A program made the position numbers and the translations under genes. Under the pieces are notes generated by a model. That model was given only the letters and a program-made list of their open reading frames with translations. It had not been told where the DNA came from and did no database searches. Positions 29,079 to 39,110 of a stretch of 64,000 bases of DNA are shown here, piece by piece. Source of the stretch: Candidatus Rariloculaceae bacterium (GTDB lineage: Bacteria; Pseudomonadota; Gammaproteobacteria; Steroidobacterales; Rariloculaceae); contig JBJKYL010000017.1 in NCBI GenBank assembly GCA_045561055.1, positions 246,518 to 310,517 of the forward strand. Direction: 5' to 3'. The first letter of the stretch is position 1, and every line of letters starts with the position of its first letter.

Positions 29079-30457
29079 TGCAAACTCATAGGATATTGCC
29101 GATTATAGCGGTGGCATCGCTAATCATAGCGGGTCCTGTCACGGCCCAGGATGACGGACTTAACCTCGATCAACTATTACAATTCGTTGCCGAGGGCAGT
29201 GCCAACGACAATGCGGCAGAAGCCGAACGTCTGGCGCGTTTCGAAGCAGCGCAGGACCAACAGGAGCAATTGCTCCAAGATGGTCGTGACCAACAAGCAG
29301 CTGAAGAAGCACGCAGTGAACGCCTGGAAACGACATTTGAGGAAAATGAACTTTTAATCGCGGACGTTACCGCTCAGCTGGATGCTCGTTTAGGGTCGTT
29401 GAGAGAGCTTTTTGGCGTTTTACAGCAAGTTGCCGGTGATGCGAGAGCGCAGTTTGAAAACTCGTTCACTAATGTTGAGTATCCCGACCGTGCAACGTTT
29501 CTTACTGATCTCGCGGCTAAGATGGGCTCGAGTAGTCAGCTCGCCTCCATTGAAGAAATCGAACAGCTTTGGTTTGAGTTACAGCGTGAAGCCACGGAGC
29601 AGGGCAAGGTTAAGCGCATATCTGACTACCGTGTCATAACTGCGAACGGCGAGGAGAGTTTTGAAGATGTTATCCGAATTGGCACCTTTAACGTTGTTGC
29701 CGATGGTCGCTATCTAAGTCATAACCCCGATACAAACACGTTGTCGGAGCTTCAGCGTCAGCCGGAAGGTGGTCGATTTGTAGGCAGCACTGCTGATCTT
29801 ATAGGCGCGACTCCGGGGAGTGGTGTCGTACGCTTTGGGCTTGATCCCACTAGCGGCGTTATTCTTTCGGCCTTGGTGGAAACTCCGAATTTGATGGAAC
29901 GAATTGGGCAAGGCGGAATTGTGGGCTACGTGATCATCAGCCTTGGCATTCTCGGCGTCCTGCTTTCCCTAGAAAGGCTAATTAGCTTGACTCTCGCTGG
30001 TAGAAAGGTGAAGGCTCAGTTAACAAGCGAGACTCTGTCAGATAAGAACGCGCTCGGACGCGTTTTGCTTGTCTATGAAAACAATCGTCAAGCGGACACT
30101 GAAACGCTGGAACTTAAACTTGGTGAGGCGATACTTAAAGAAACGCCCTCATTACAGCGTGGTATCTTATTCATAAAAGTGATTTCGGTCGTTGCGCCTC
30201 TGATGGGACTGCTTGGAACTGTTACAGGAATGATTAACACTTTTCAGGCGATTACGCTGTTTGGTACCGGTGATCCAAAGACTATGGCTGGTGGTATCTC
30301 GCAGGCCCTTGTGACGACAGTTCTGGGTCTCACGGTCGCAATTCCAACCGTTCTTTTGCACACGATTGTTAGTGGTCGTAGCAAGACGATTACGCAGATA
30401 CTCCAGGAACAGAGCGCGGGCATCGTAGCGAATCAATCTGAGAAAAGTGCGGTCTAA
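29078..30457 (+). CDS. Long MotA/TolQ/ExbB protein with periplasmic extension (TtpC-like)
   Basis: APLMGLLGTVTGMI.TF, MAGGISQALVTTVLGL. Confidence 0.9.
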   Translation: MQTHRILPIIAVASLIIAGPVTAQDDGLNLDQLLQFVAEGSANDNAAEAERLARFEAAQDQQEQLLQDGRDQQAAEEARSERLETTFEENELLIADVTAQLDARLGSLRELFGVLQQVAGDARAQFENSFTNVEYPDRATFLTDLAAKMGSSSQLASIEEIEQLWFELQREATEQGKVKRISDYRVITANGEESFEDVIRIGTFNVVADGRYLSHNPDTNTLSELQRQPEGGRFVGSTADLIGATPGSGVVRFGLDPTSGVILSALVETPNLMERIGQGGIVGYVIISLGILGVLLSLERLISLTLAGRKVKAQLTSETLSDKNALGRVLLVYENNRQADTETLELKLGEAILKETPSLQRGILFIKVISVVAPLMGLLGTVTGMINTFQAITLFGTGDPKTMAGGISQALVTTVLGLTVAIPTVLLHTIVSGRSKTITQILQEQSAGIVANQSEKSAV

Positions 30458-30531
30458 CTGAATAAGGAATAAGGCCTGCCCTTCCTGGTAAGGCCACACC
30501 TCTGGAAAGTTGCTGGTCGGAGAATTAACTA

Positions 30532-31059
30532 ATGCAATTTTTGATTGATGCCTACGAAGCTATTCGTGATTTTCTCGAACTGGGAGGTCCAGTCTTGGAA
30601 ATAATCGGCATCAATATTTTTGTGTTGTGGATTTTAATTCTTGAGCGGTTGATTTATTTCCGTACCGGTCTTAAAAGCTTGATTCGGGAATCAATTGAAG
30701 ATTGGGAAAATCGGGTGGAGCGTAAATCCTGGCAAGCGCATCAGATACGAGACGGCATCGTATCTCGAGTTAAGATGGCTGCTGATAGCAATCTGCCGAT
30801 GATTCAAACACTAGTTGCGCTGTGCCCGCTTCTCGGGCTTATGGGGACTGTGACGGGTATGATTTCGGTATTCGAGGTCATGGCAATATCAGGAACTAGC
30901 AATGCAAGGGCCATGGCGGCCGGCGTGTCCCGCGCCACGGTGCCGACAATGGCTGGGATGGTCGGCGCGCTTTCTGGTGTTTTTCTAGTCACGATTCTGA
31001 CACGGACAGCTAAGCGCAATACAAATCGGCTCGAGGATGGAATGACGATGGACCACTAG
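30532..31059 (+). CDS. exbB: ExbB proton channel protein
   Basis: PLLGLMGTVTGMISVF, MAAGVSRATVPTMAG. Confidence 0.88.
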   Translation: MQFLIDAYEAIRDFLELGGPVLEIIGINIFVLWILILERLIYFRTGLKSLIRESIEDWENRVERKSWQAHQIRDGIVSRVKMAADSNLPMIQTLVALCPLLGLMGTVTGMISVFEVMAISGTSNARAMAAGVSRATVPTMAGMVGALSGVFLVTILTRTAKRNTNRLEDGMTMDH

Positions 31060-31115
31060 CAAGGTCCAGTGCGTCAGGTGCGCTATCCACTTGGGGCTGT
31101 GGAAAGGAGAACCGC

Positions 31116-31526
31116 TTGAGAAAGCACATAGCTAATATAAAAACCGAAGACGACGAAAACGAGATCAATCTCACGCCTATGTTGGATGTGGTATTTATCA
31201 TGCTGATCTTCTTTATTGTTACGGCAACATTTATTCGTGAGACCGGTATCGACGTTAATCGGCCCGAGCAGGACCAGCCTCAGGTGGTCCAGGAAGAGGG
31301 TGCTATTTTGGTTATCATCGACTCTACTGATGATATTTGGATAGATAATAGGATTGTTGATCTCCGAGCCGTTAGAGCTAATGTTGAGCGGCTCCATGCA
31401 GAAGACCCCGAAAGACCGGTTGTCATTCAGGCGGCAAGAGCCTCTAGCGCGGAAACGCTTGTCGGCATAATGGATGCTGCACGACAAGCGAACGTTTTTA
31501 ATATCTCGATCGCGTCGGAACAGTAG
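31116..31526 (+). CDS. exbD: ExbD/TolR family protein
   Basis: EINLTPMLDVVFIMLIFFIVTA. Confidence 0.9.
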   Translation: MRKHIANIKTEDDENEINLTPMLDVVFIMLIFFIVTATFIRETGIDVNRPEQDQPQVVQEEGAILVIIDSTDDIWIDNRIVDLRAVRANVERLHAEDPERPVVIQAARASSAETLVGIMDAARQANVFNISIASEQ

Positions 31527-31552
31527 CCTGGAATTTGGAAAGGACTTAAATA

Positions 31553-31963
31553 ATGAGAGAATCCGTAGCCGAACAACTAAACCAAGACGAAGAAGCAGAG
31601 ATCAATCTCACACCGATGCTGGATGTGGTGTTCATTATGCTGATTTTTTTCATCGTAACGGCTGTTTTTGTTAAGGATCCTGGTGTTGAAATTTCCCGCC
31701 CAACGGCGACGACTGCCTTTGTTCCAGAAAAAGGTAGCATCTTTATAGCTGTGACCGCTCAGAATGAAATTTGGGTAGATAAGCGCAGTGTTGGCTCGGA
31801 GGGGGTCCGCGCTGCAATTGAGAGGCTTCACACGGAAAACCCGGAAGGAGGAGTCGTTATTCAAGCGGATAGTGCCGCTGCTAACGAGTTTGTCATAAAC
31901 GTAATGGATGCGGCGAAGGCGGCAGGTATTAATGACGTTACAATAGCCGCGGCGGTACCATAA
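31553..31963 (+). CDS. exbD: ExbD/TolR family protein, second copy
   Basis: EINLTPMLDVVFIMLIFFIVTA, VIQAD. Confidence 0.9.
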   Translation: MRESVAEQLNQDEEAEINLTPMLDVVFIMLIFFIVTAVFVKDPGVEISRPTATTAFVPEKGSIFIAVTAQNEIWVDKRSVGSEGVRAAIERLHTENPEGGVVIQADSAAANEFVINVMDAAKAAGINDVTIAAAVP

Positions 31964-32074
31964 GTCAGCCCTCGACGGCTGCCGTGTTCGTGGTAGAATC
32001 GATTTGTTGTATCTGCTTCGGTCTTTAGTCATTGAGCCGCGAGCAGGTTGAAATTTAGTCATCGGGGAGAGTTC

Positions 32075-32674
32075 ATGATTGCTCGGTACGCTACTTCCAT
32101 AGGCCTAGGAACCGCAGTTACCTTTGGGCTGCTATTTATTATGCAGCTCCTGATCGCCACGGGACGTGGAGCATTAACTGAAGCTAGTACCTTTCGCGTA
32201 ATTGATTTCGTGCGTGTCGAACGTAACGAAATTATTGAAACAAAAAAGGACAAGCCCGAGAAGCCACCGGAGCCCGAAACACCGCCGGAGATGCCGTCTC
32301 CGAGTAGCGCAGACAACTTCGATAATTCCATGGCGGTATCTATGTCAGCCCCATCGATCGACGCTGGTATTAGTGTGGGCGGTATCGGCTTTGGCGTAAG
32401 TGATGGGGAATATCTTCCCATCGTGAAGGTTGCCCCGGTTTACCCATCGCGTGCTTTATCAAGAGGGCTGGAAGGTTACGTCATTGTTGAGTTCACAGTT
32501 ACGACGAATGGCTCGGTTCGTGATGTAAGTGTCGTCGAATCCACTAGTACGTTGTTCGAGCGCGCCGCTAGCGAAGCTGCGCTGAAGTTCAAATACAAGC
32601 CGAGAGTTATCGATGGCCAACCTGTCGAAGTCCCAGGCGTTCGAAACAAAATCACCTTTGAAATAGCTAATTAG
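32075..32674 (+). CDS. tonB: Energy transducer TonB
   Basis: N-terminal TM helix, Pro-rich KPEKPPEPETPPE, PVYPSRA..GLEGYVIVEFTV..G.V C-terminal domain. Confidence 0.92.
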   Translation: MIARYATSIGLGTAVTFGLLFIMQLLIATGRGALTEASTFRVIDFVRVERNEIIETKKDKPEKPPEPETPPEMPSPSSADNFDNSMAVSMSAPSIDAGISVGGIGFGVSDGEYLPIVKVAPVYPSRALSRGLEGYVIVEFTVTTNGSVRDVSVVESTSTLFERAASEAALKFKYKPRVIDGQPVEVPGVRNKITFEIAN

Positions 32675-32690
32675 CTCGAGGAGTAGCTGA

Positions 32691-33992
32691 ATGCAGGCCG
32701 GACGTCAATTTTTTCCCGCCGTGGCTGCTGTTTTGTTGGGCGGTCTCTTTTTGGATGCTTCGTTGAGTCATGCACAAGGCACTGGTGATGGTTCTGCTAA
32801 TCAGCAGCCGACTCGTAAAACGCCGGCTATGCGAGAACGTGTCTACTCGCGCCTCGCGGAAGCACAAGAATGTTCCGAGATGGACGATATGGAATGTGCT
32901 CAAGAAAAGCTCGAGGAGGTTCGTGAGATGCGTGGCCTCAACAGTTACGAAATTGCGCAGATGTGGAACTTTTACGCATTCATCGCTTTTGGCCAAGACA
33001 ATTACCCCGATGCGATAAATGCCTACGAGATGGTTTTAACTCAACCAGACCTTCCGATCGGGATGGAAACCACTACACGGTTTACCCTTTGCCAGCTTTA
33101 TTTTCAGCAAGAACGCTATCAGGATTCGCTTGACATGCTAGCAACCTGGTTTCAGGTTGCCGAAACTCCTGGGCCTGAGCCACACATACTACGCGCTCAG
33201 ATTTACTATCAACTCGAACAGTACCGTGACGGGATAGAACCTGTCCTGGATGCGATAGAAGTCGCTCAAATACAGAATAAGGAACTTCAGGAAAACTGGT
33301 ATCGATTGCTGAATGTCTTTTATTACGAATTAGAGGACTATCCGAACGTTATCAACGTGCTTAGAACTATTATTGATACGTGGCCGAAACGTGAATATTT
33401 CATCCAATTATCAGCGATGTATGGTCAGGAAGGTAACGATCTCGGACAAATCGCACTTTACGAGCTAGCCTACGACGTTGGCTGGTTAGAGCGTAGTAAC
33501 GAATTCGTGCAAATGGCCCAGCTACTACTTGGTGCGGATATCCCGGTCAAGGCGGCATTAATCATGGAGAAAGGACTCGATGGCGGAGTGATCGAGTCGA
33601 ATATGAATAATTGGAGAGTGCTAGCTCAGGCCTGGCAACTCGCACAGGAAGACGAGAAGGCTATTCCGGCGATGATTCAAGCTGCCAGTCTTTCCGAAGA
33701 TGGTGAGCTAGATCTGCGCCTCGCCCAGTCTTATCAGAATCTCGCTCAATGGGAGAATTGCATTGAGTCTGCGCGGGATGGTTTGCAGAAAGGTGATCTG
33801 CGTCGGGCAGACCAAGGTAATATGATTCTGGGTGCGTGCCTGTTTGAGGTTGATGAATTTTCGGCTGCACGTAATGCGTTTGAAGAAGCTGAAGAGGATA
33901 CTCGCAGTCGTACCGCTGCTCGAAGTTGGATTCAGTACGTGAATGCTGAAGAAAGCAGAGAGCAGCAATTGCAAGCTGCTTTGAGTCGTTAA
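32691..33992 (+). CDS. Periplasmic TPR protein (TtpD-like)
   Basis: Signal peptide, multiple TPR-like helical repeats, last gene of TonB cluster. Confidence 0.85.
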   Translation: MQAGRQFFPAVAAVLLGGLFLDASLSHAQGTGDGSANQQPTRKTPAMRERVYSRLAEAQECSEMDDMECAQEKLEEVREMRGLNSYEIAQMWNFYAFIAFGQDNYPDAINAYEMVLTQPDLPIGMETTTRFTLCQLYFQQERYQDSLDMLATWFQVAETPGPEPHILRAQIYYQLEQYRDGIEPVLDAIEVAQIQNKELQENWYRLLNVFYYELEDYPNVINVLRTIIDTWPKREYFIQLSAMYGQEGNDLGQIALYELAYDVGWLERSNEFVQMAQLLLGADIPVKAALIMEKGLDGGVIESNMNNWRVLAQAWQLAQEDEKAIPAMIQAASLSEDGELDLRLAQSYQNLAQWENCIESARDGLQKGDLRRADQGNMILGACLFEVDEFSAARNAFEEAEEDTRSRTAARSWIQYVNAEESREQQLQAALSR

Positions 33993-34000
33993 ACGTAGCC

Positions 34001-34846
34001 CTGGCTCCACTCACTAGTCCTACAACAGTTGCTAACCATCTCGGCGAACCGGGATGGGTTCTGGTCGATTGTAGATTCGATTTAAGGGATCCTAATTTAG
34101 GTTTCAAGGCCTATCAGGAAGGTCACATTCCTGGCGCGCGCTACGCTCACCTTGATACGGACCTTTCCGGAGAAATCGGTGTTCGAGACGGACGGCACCC
34201 ATTACCGGATACCCTACACATTGCGCAGACTCTTTCTAATTGGGGAATTGATAATTCCTCTAATGTAATTGCTTACGATGACGTGTCAGGTGCGATCGCA
34301 GCGCGGTTATGGTGGTTGCTCCGATGGCTAGGTCATCAGTCGGTTTCGATTTTGGATGGTGGTCTAGACGCTTGGCTAGCGGATAGACGGGAGGTTGAGT
34401 CAGGGCTCCCAACATGGGGCAGCGCAGAATTCACGGCAGCTCCACCTCGTAATCACTGGGTCGTAGGCAGTGGAGAGTTAGTAGAACTGATGCATTCCGG
34501 AGCGTTATTGCTCGATGCACGCAGTGATGATAGATTTCGTGGGATTTTAGAGCCACTAGACCCAGTAGCTGGACATATTCCCAACGCTCGTAATTTGCCA
34601 TTTTCTTCGCTTATTGGGCCAAATAAAACCTTACTACCGGTTCAGCAATTGAACGAGCGCTTTAATTCAGTACTGGATGGCCGGGAAGGGGCAGAAGTTA
34701 TTGCGATGTGTGGTTCGGGAGTTACTGCCTGTCACCTACTTCTTGCAATGAACGTAGCCGGTTTGGGTGATGGGAGGCTATACGCTGGTTCTTGGAGCCA
34801 GTGGATTCGTGATGGCAATCGTGAAATTGTGACTGGGCCTGGTTAA
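34001..34846 (+). CDS. sseA: 3-mercaptopyruvate sulfurtransferase/rhodanese; start probably CTG 34001
   Basis: Open frame upstream of 34283 encodes VLVDCRFDL, GHIPGA, GRHPLP; C-terminal CGSGVTAC and YAGSWSQW. Confidence 0.85.
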   Translation: MAPLTSPTTVANHLGEPGWVLVDCRFDLRDPNLGFKAYQEGHIPGARYAHLDTDLSGEIGVRDGRHPLPDTLHIAQTLSNWGIDNSSNVIAYDDVSGAIAARLWWLLRWLGHQSVSILDGGLDAWLADRREVESGLPTWGSAEFTAAPPRNHWVVGSGELVELMHSGALLLDARSDDRFRGILEPLDPVAGHIPNARNLPFSSLIGPNKTLLPVQQLNERFNSVLDGREGAEVIAMCGSGVTACHLLLAMNVAGLGDGRLYAGSWSQWIRDGNREIVTGPG

Positions 34847-35357
34847 TAGTAAATAAAAGCGCCCGGGCAGTTGGTGGCAGGCGTTATCGAATTATTGTGG
34901 CCTAATTCTGATGGGGTAAAATATGATATATTACCTGAGATATATTTAATAAATAACTGATAATTAAGTGTTATTGTTAGGGATAACTTAATATTCTAAT
35001 CTAGTGACATAGGGGAACCGATTTTTCCGGAAGATTGCTGGGATGGGGTCTAGAGCAGACAAACAAATGGACTGAGCGGTAATACCATCAGTCTAGCGGT
35101 GAGCTAGAAGACAGTTGGAGTTTTGATGGTATAGTCGACGACGCAGGGCTTGAATTTTATATTGTCCTACTGGTAGCGGAGGAGGATTGGTTACCTATCG
35201 GGGCATGAAAGCGCTGAATTCGAAGCGGCAAGAGAAGCTGCTTTAGCTAAACTTTAGCGACCAATGGGACATACCTGATTTTTATTAGATAACTCGATCA
35301 CGAATTAACAATATGCCCAATTTTTTTTCAATAAATCAAACAACGGGGAGTTGCCTC

Positions 35358-35951
35358 ATGAATAAGGGAAAGACTTGGCTAATGTTGCTAAGTATCTACT
35401 GCGGTGCGTTCGCCACTGCTGTTAACGCGGAACCTATCACTTACATCGTAGATTCAAGCCATACCTTTCCATCTTTTGAAGCGGATCATCAAGGTGGTCT
35501 CTCGATATGGAGAGGGAACATTGAACGAACGACAGGTAAAGTAGTGCTAGATAAGGCAGGAGAGAACGGGACCGTAGAAGTCACAATGGATATGTCGTCG
35601 ATCGATTTCGGTCATGCTGGCATGAACGAACATGCGAAAGCTGCCGATATACTGAATGTGGAACAGTTTCCCACCGCAACCTATGTCGGTCAACTCGCCC
35701 GTTTCGAGAACGGCAATCCGACTGCCGTCGAGGGAACGTTAACGCTACACGGTGTTAGCCGACCGGTAGATCTCACTATCGAACGTTTTCGTTGCCAACC
35801 CCATTTTAGACATGGGCGGGAGGTTTGTGGGGCCGATGCATCCGCAACATTTAATCGCGACGATTTCGGTATCGACTATGACAAAGAACACGGATTTTTC
35901 ATGGCTGTTAATCTGCTTATTTCTATAGAGGCGCAGATACCGGCCGAGTAA
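35358..35951 (+). CDS. YceI-family periplasmic protein
   Basis: YIVDSSHT..F...HQG.S, G.LTLHGV..PV, FNRDDFGI. Confidence 0.9.
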   Translation: MNKGKTWLMLLSIYCGAFATAVNAEPITYIVDSSHTFPSFEADHQGGLSIWRGNIERTTGKVVLDKAGENGTVEVTMDMSSIDFGHAGMNEHAKAADILNVEQFPTATYVGQLARFENGNPTAVEGTLTLHGVSRPVDLTIERFRCQPHFRHGREVCGADASATFNRDDFGIDYDKEHGFFMAVNLLISIEAQIPAE

Positions 35952-36225
35952 TAATGTTTCGGAGCGCCTTATGAAGAGCTTCACTCACCACGCTTAAAAG
36001 CAGCTCTTATTAATAGTGCCCAGCACGAACTCGCGTAGCCGGTAAGATCCCTTAATTGCTGCGTTCGATCGCTGCTACGGCATTCGCTGGCGACAACTCA
36101 ATGCTAGACCAGCGACGCAAAATCGACGCCTGCGCAACTTTATCGGGCTAAACTAAGTCCGTTTTTTATATCGTTCCAATCTGATTCAACGGTATAGCAG
36201 CGATCTGCGATCGGAAAAACAGAAA

Positions 36226-37254
36226 CTAAAGTCCTGCTAAATTTAACAGTTCTTGGCTATATTGTGTTTGAGCTTCGGTATAGAGTGGTGCAACAGCATC
36301 TTGGAACTGAGAGATCTCATATTCTGTTAGGGTTAGTAGTTCGCCGCCTGCAGCGCGAATTGCTTCGATAGCATCAATTTCTTCCTGTACTTTTCTGCGT
36401 CGCTGGACGGCAACAGCATCTGTGATTGCTACTCGCATTTCTTCCTGCAGTTCCATAGGCCAGGAATCGAAGGTAGGGCGATGTAAGAAAATCGGACGCG
36501 AGAGATAGAAGTGATTCGTTTCAGTATGGAATTTATGGAAATTGTGGACGCCGTAGGTGACTGTATTCGCGAATGGGTTCTCTTGCGCATCTAGCCTACC
36601 CGCGACAACCGCATCGATGGCTTCTGACAGGTCCATGATTTGTGGGTCTGCACCAAGCAACTCGAACGTTTGAGCATGAATTTCACTCGGCAGGACGCGA
36701 ATTTTAAGGTCTGTTAGATCAACTGGTATACGAATGGGCCGCACTTTATTAGAGATATGTCGGAAGCCGTTCTCAAAGTAGCCGAGTATTCGGTAATTCA
36801 TCTGAGCTTCAATTCTTTCAGCGAGGTGTTTACCTAACGCCCCATCCATCGCGGCGTGTGTTTCTAGTGTTTCGGAAAATAAGAAAGGCAAATCTACAAG
36901 TCCGAGCTCTGGAACACGATTCGTCATATAACTACTAGACTGGTAACCAAGCGTAAGGGCACCTGTTTCTACGAGATCTAAAATTTCTAGACCGCGGTAA
37001 CCGACGTCCATGATGTTGTAGACATACCTAACTTCTACAGCATCACCGAAGCGGTCCTTGAGCTGGTCGCCGATCTGTTTTAATGCGCGGCTGAAGCTAG
37101 TAGTTGGCGGACCGTAGCCGCCCATTACAATTTGTATCGGCTCATCAATATTATCCAACGTTAATCTTTGTTGCGCTCCAGAACGAGATAGCACACTTGA
37201 GGCAACTCCAGCCCCAAGTAATGCGGATTTTTTCAGGAACTGTCTTCTGGACAT
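36226..37254 (-). CDS. TRAP transporter substrate-binding protein (DctP family), Tat signal
   Basis: SRRQFLK; DLPFLF, ENGFRHI, DL..LKIRV, DAQENP. Confidence 0.9.
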   Translation of the reverse strand: MSRRQFLKKSALLGAGVASSVLSRSGAQQRLTLDNIDEPIQIVMGGYGPPTTSFSRALKQIGDQLKDRFGDAVEVRYVYNIMDVGYRGLEILDLVETGALTLGYQSSSYMTNRVPELGLVDLPFLFSETLETHAAMDGALGKHLAERIEAQMNYRILGYFENGFRHISNKVRPIRIPVDLTDLKIRVLPSEIHAQTFELLGADPQIMDLSEAIDAVVAGRLDAQENPFANTVTYGVHNFHKFHTETNHFYLSRPIFLHRPTFDSWPMELQEEMRVAITDAVAVQRRRKVQEEIDAIEAIRAAGGELLTLTEYEISQFQDAVAPLYTEAQTQYSQELLNLAGL

Positions 37255-37394
37255 ATTCGCCTCATTTAAAATTATAGAATGGATATAATCGTAGCACGTG
37301 TAACGCCTATTAGTTCAGTGTTACAAAATCACTTTGGTTTGCAGGATCCTTTCTAAGGCTGCAAAATCAGCACCGAATATAAATATGGTATGTA

Positions 37395-37730
37395 ATGGAC
37401 CTACTAACTGGGCTTCTTCTGATCGGCGTTATCATTTGGATAACCCGCATCGTCATTCTTGAGCTGTTCGATTCATTTATCCCGGAATCATTCGCTAAAT
37501 ATTCCCGGACGACAAAAAATCCTATCGATCACTCACTTATTGGATCTGTCGCAAGAATAGTCGGCATTAACTCCAATGATAGTACTAAATGTAAGATTCG
37601 AATCGGCATTGAGCTGTGGAATGCAAAATTTTCCTCGAAGACAGCACAAACACCAGCTATTGGAACGATCGTCAGAGTGACCGCAGTGAATGGCATGCTA
37701 CTTGATATCGAACGACACTCAACTAATTGA
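37395..37730 (+). CDS. NfeD-like membrane protein (OB fold)
   Basis: TM helix, LIG..A, ELWNA, G..VRV..V.G..L. Confidence 0.75.
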   Translation: MDLLTGLLLIGVIIWITRIVILELFDSFIPESFAKYSRTTKNPIDHSLIGSVARIVGINSNDSTKCKIRIGIELWNAKFSSKTAQTPAIGTIVRVTAVNGMLLDIERHSTN

Positions 37731-37835
37731 CCTAAAATAGATGGGTTAATTATCTTGACCGCATTACTTTATTAATATGCCGTTTCGGGCTAGCCTCCGA
37801 CCTGCACAACAGAATTTATTGAAGAGCCTTAGACT

Positions 37836-39065
37836 GTGACTAGATCAACTCCCATCGTACCCAGCCAACAACTCAGGGACGTCCGTTACGAAATTCGAGG
37901 TCAGTTAGCTCGGCGAGCTCAGGAAATGGAGCTCGAGGGCTACGAGATCCTTTCTCTAAACATCGGTAATCCGGGCCTATTTGGATTCCGGACGCCGGAG
38001 ACGATGCGGCTTGCGATGATTAATAACCTCAGTGCTAGCGAGGCCTATTGCCATCAGAAAGGTATTTTTCCGGCTCGTGAAGCCGTTGTGATGCAACACC
38101 AAGAACGCGGGGTTATGGATTTAACGGCTGAGCAAGTTTTTATTGGTAATGGTGTTAGCGAACTTATCGACTTAACCCTCCGTGCACTGCTAAATTCTGG
38201 AGACGAGGTGTTAATCCCTAGTCCAGATTATCCATTATGGACGGCTGCTACTTTGTTAAACGGCGGTAGGGCTGTCTATTACCCGTGCGTGGAAGCGCAG
38301 GGCTTCATGCCTGATATTGCCGCATTAAAGGGCTTAATCACCGCTAATACTCGAGCGATCGTAGTAATCAATCCGAACAACCCTACAGGTTCAGTCTATA
38401 GTCCTGAGTGCGTTGCCCAACTTGCTGAAGTAGCGGACGAATATGATCTTGTCATGCTCAGTGACGAAATCTACGACCAGATGATCTATCCCGGTTCAGA
38501 GTTCGTGCCCATGGCGACACAATGCTCCACAGCACTGTGCGCGACTTTTAGCGGATTGTCTAAAGTTTATCGTGCATGCGGCTATCGAGTCGGTTGGGTG
38601 GCTCTAAGTGGTGCTCCGGAACGCTCAAATGAACTGGTTAACGCGATGGATTTGCTTGCGGCGCTTCGTCTTTGCAGTAACGTTCCAGGTCAGTGGGCTG
38701 TTCAGACGGCACTGGGCGGTTATCAAAGCGTAACAAAGCTCTGTGAGCCTGGTGGTCGGCTTTATGATTCAAGGCAGGCGGTGATAGACAGTGTTGCAAA
38801 GAGCGCTTATCTCAGTCTAGTTCCTCCAAAGGGCTCAATGTACGCGTTCATTGGGGTTAATAAGGAGGCTATTCCAGAATTTGACGACGAAGCGTTCGCG
38901 CTAGAATTATTGCAGGAGCAACATATACTCGTTGCTCCTGGATCGAGCTTCAATACTTCGTATCGAGATCACTTTAGAATCACGACATTGCCTAGTGCGG
39001 AGATACTCACGGATGTGTTCGAACGAATTGAGGATGTACTTCAGCAGATGTTGCAACGATCATAA
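37836..39065 (+). CDS. alaA: Alanine aminotransferase AlaA/AlaT-like
   Basis: VRYEIRG, LNIGNPG, GNGVSELI, PDYPLWTAA, GLSKVYRACGYRVGW. Confidence 0.88.
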   Translation: MTRSTPIVPSQQLRDVRYEIRGQLARRAQEMELEGYEILSLNIGNPGLFGFRTPETMRLAMINNLSASEAYCHQKGIFPAREAVVMQHQERGVMDLTAEQVFIGNGVSELIDLTLRALLNSGDEVLIPSPDYPLWTAATLLNGGRAVYYPCVEAQGFMPDIAALKGLITANTRAIVVINPNNPTGSVYSPECVAQLAEVADEYDLVMLSDEIYDQMIYPGSEFVPMATQCSTALCATFSGLSKVYRACGYRVGWVALSGAPERSNELVNAMDLLAALRLCSNVPGQWAVQTALGGYQSVTKLCEPGGRLYDSRQAVIDSVAKSAYLSLVPPKGSMYAFIGVNKEAIPEFDDEAFALELLQEQHILVAPGSSFNTSYRDHFRITTLPSAEILTDVFERIEDVLQQMLQRS

Positions 39066-39110
39066 ACCTATAAATAGTATTATATATAAAACATATAATA
39101 TTGATATTTA

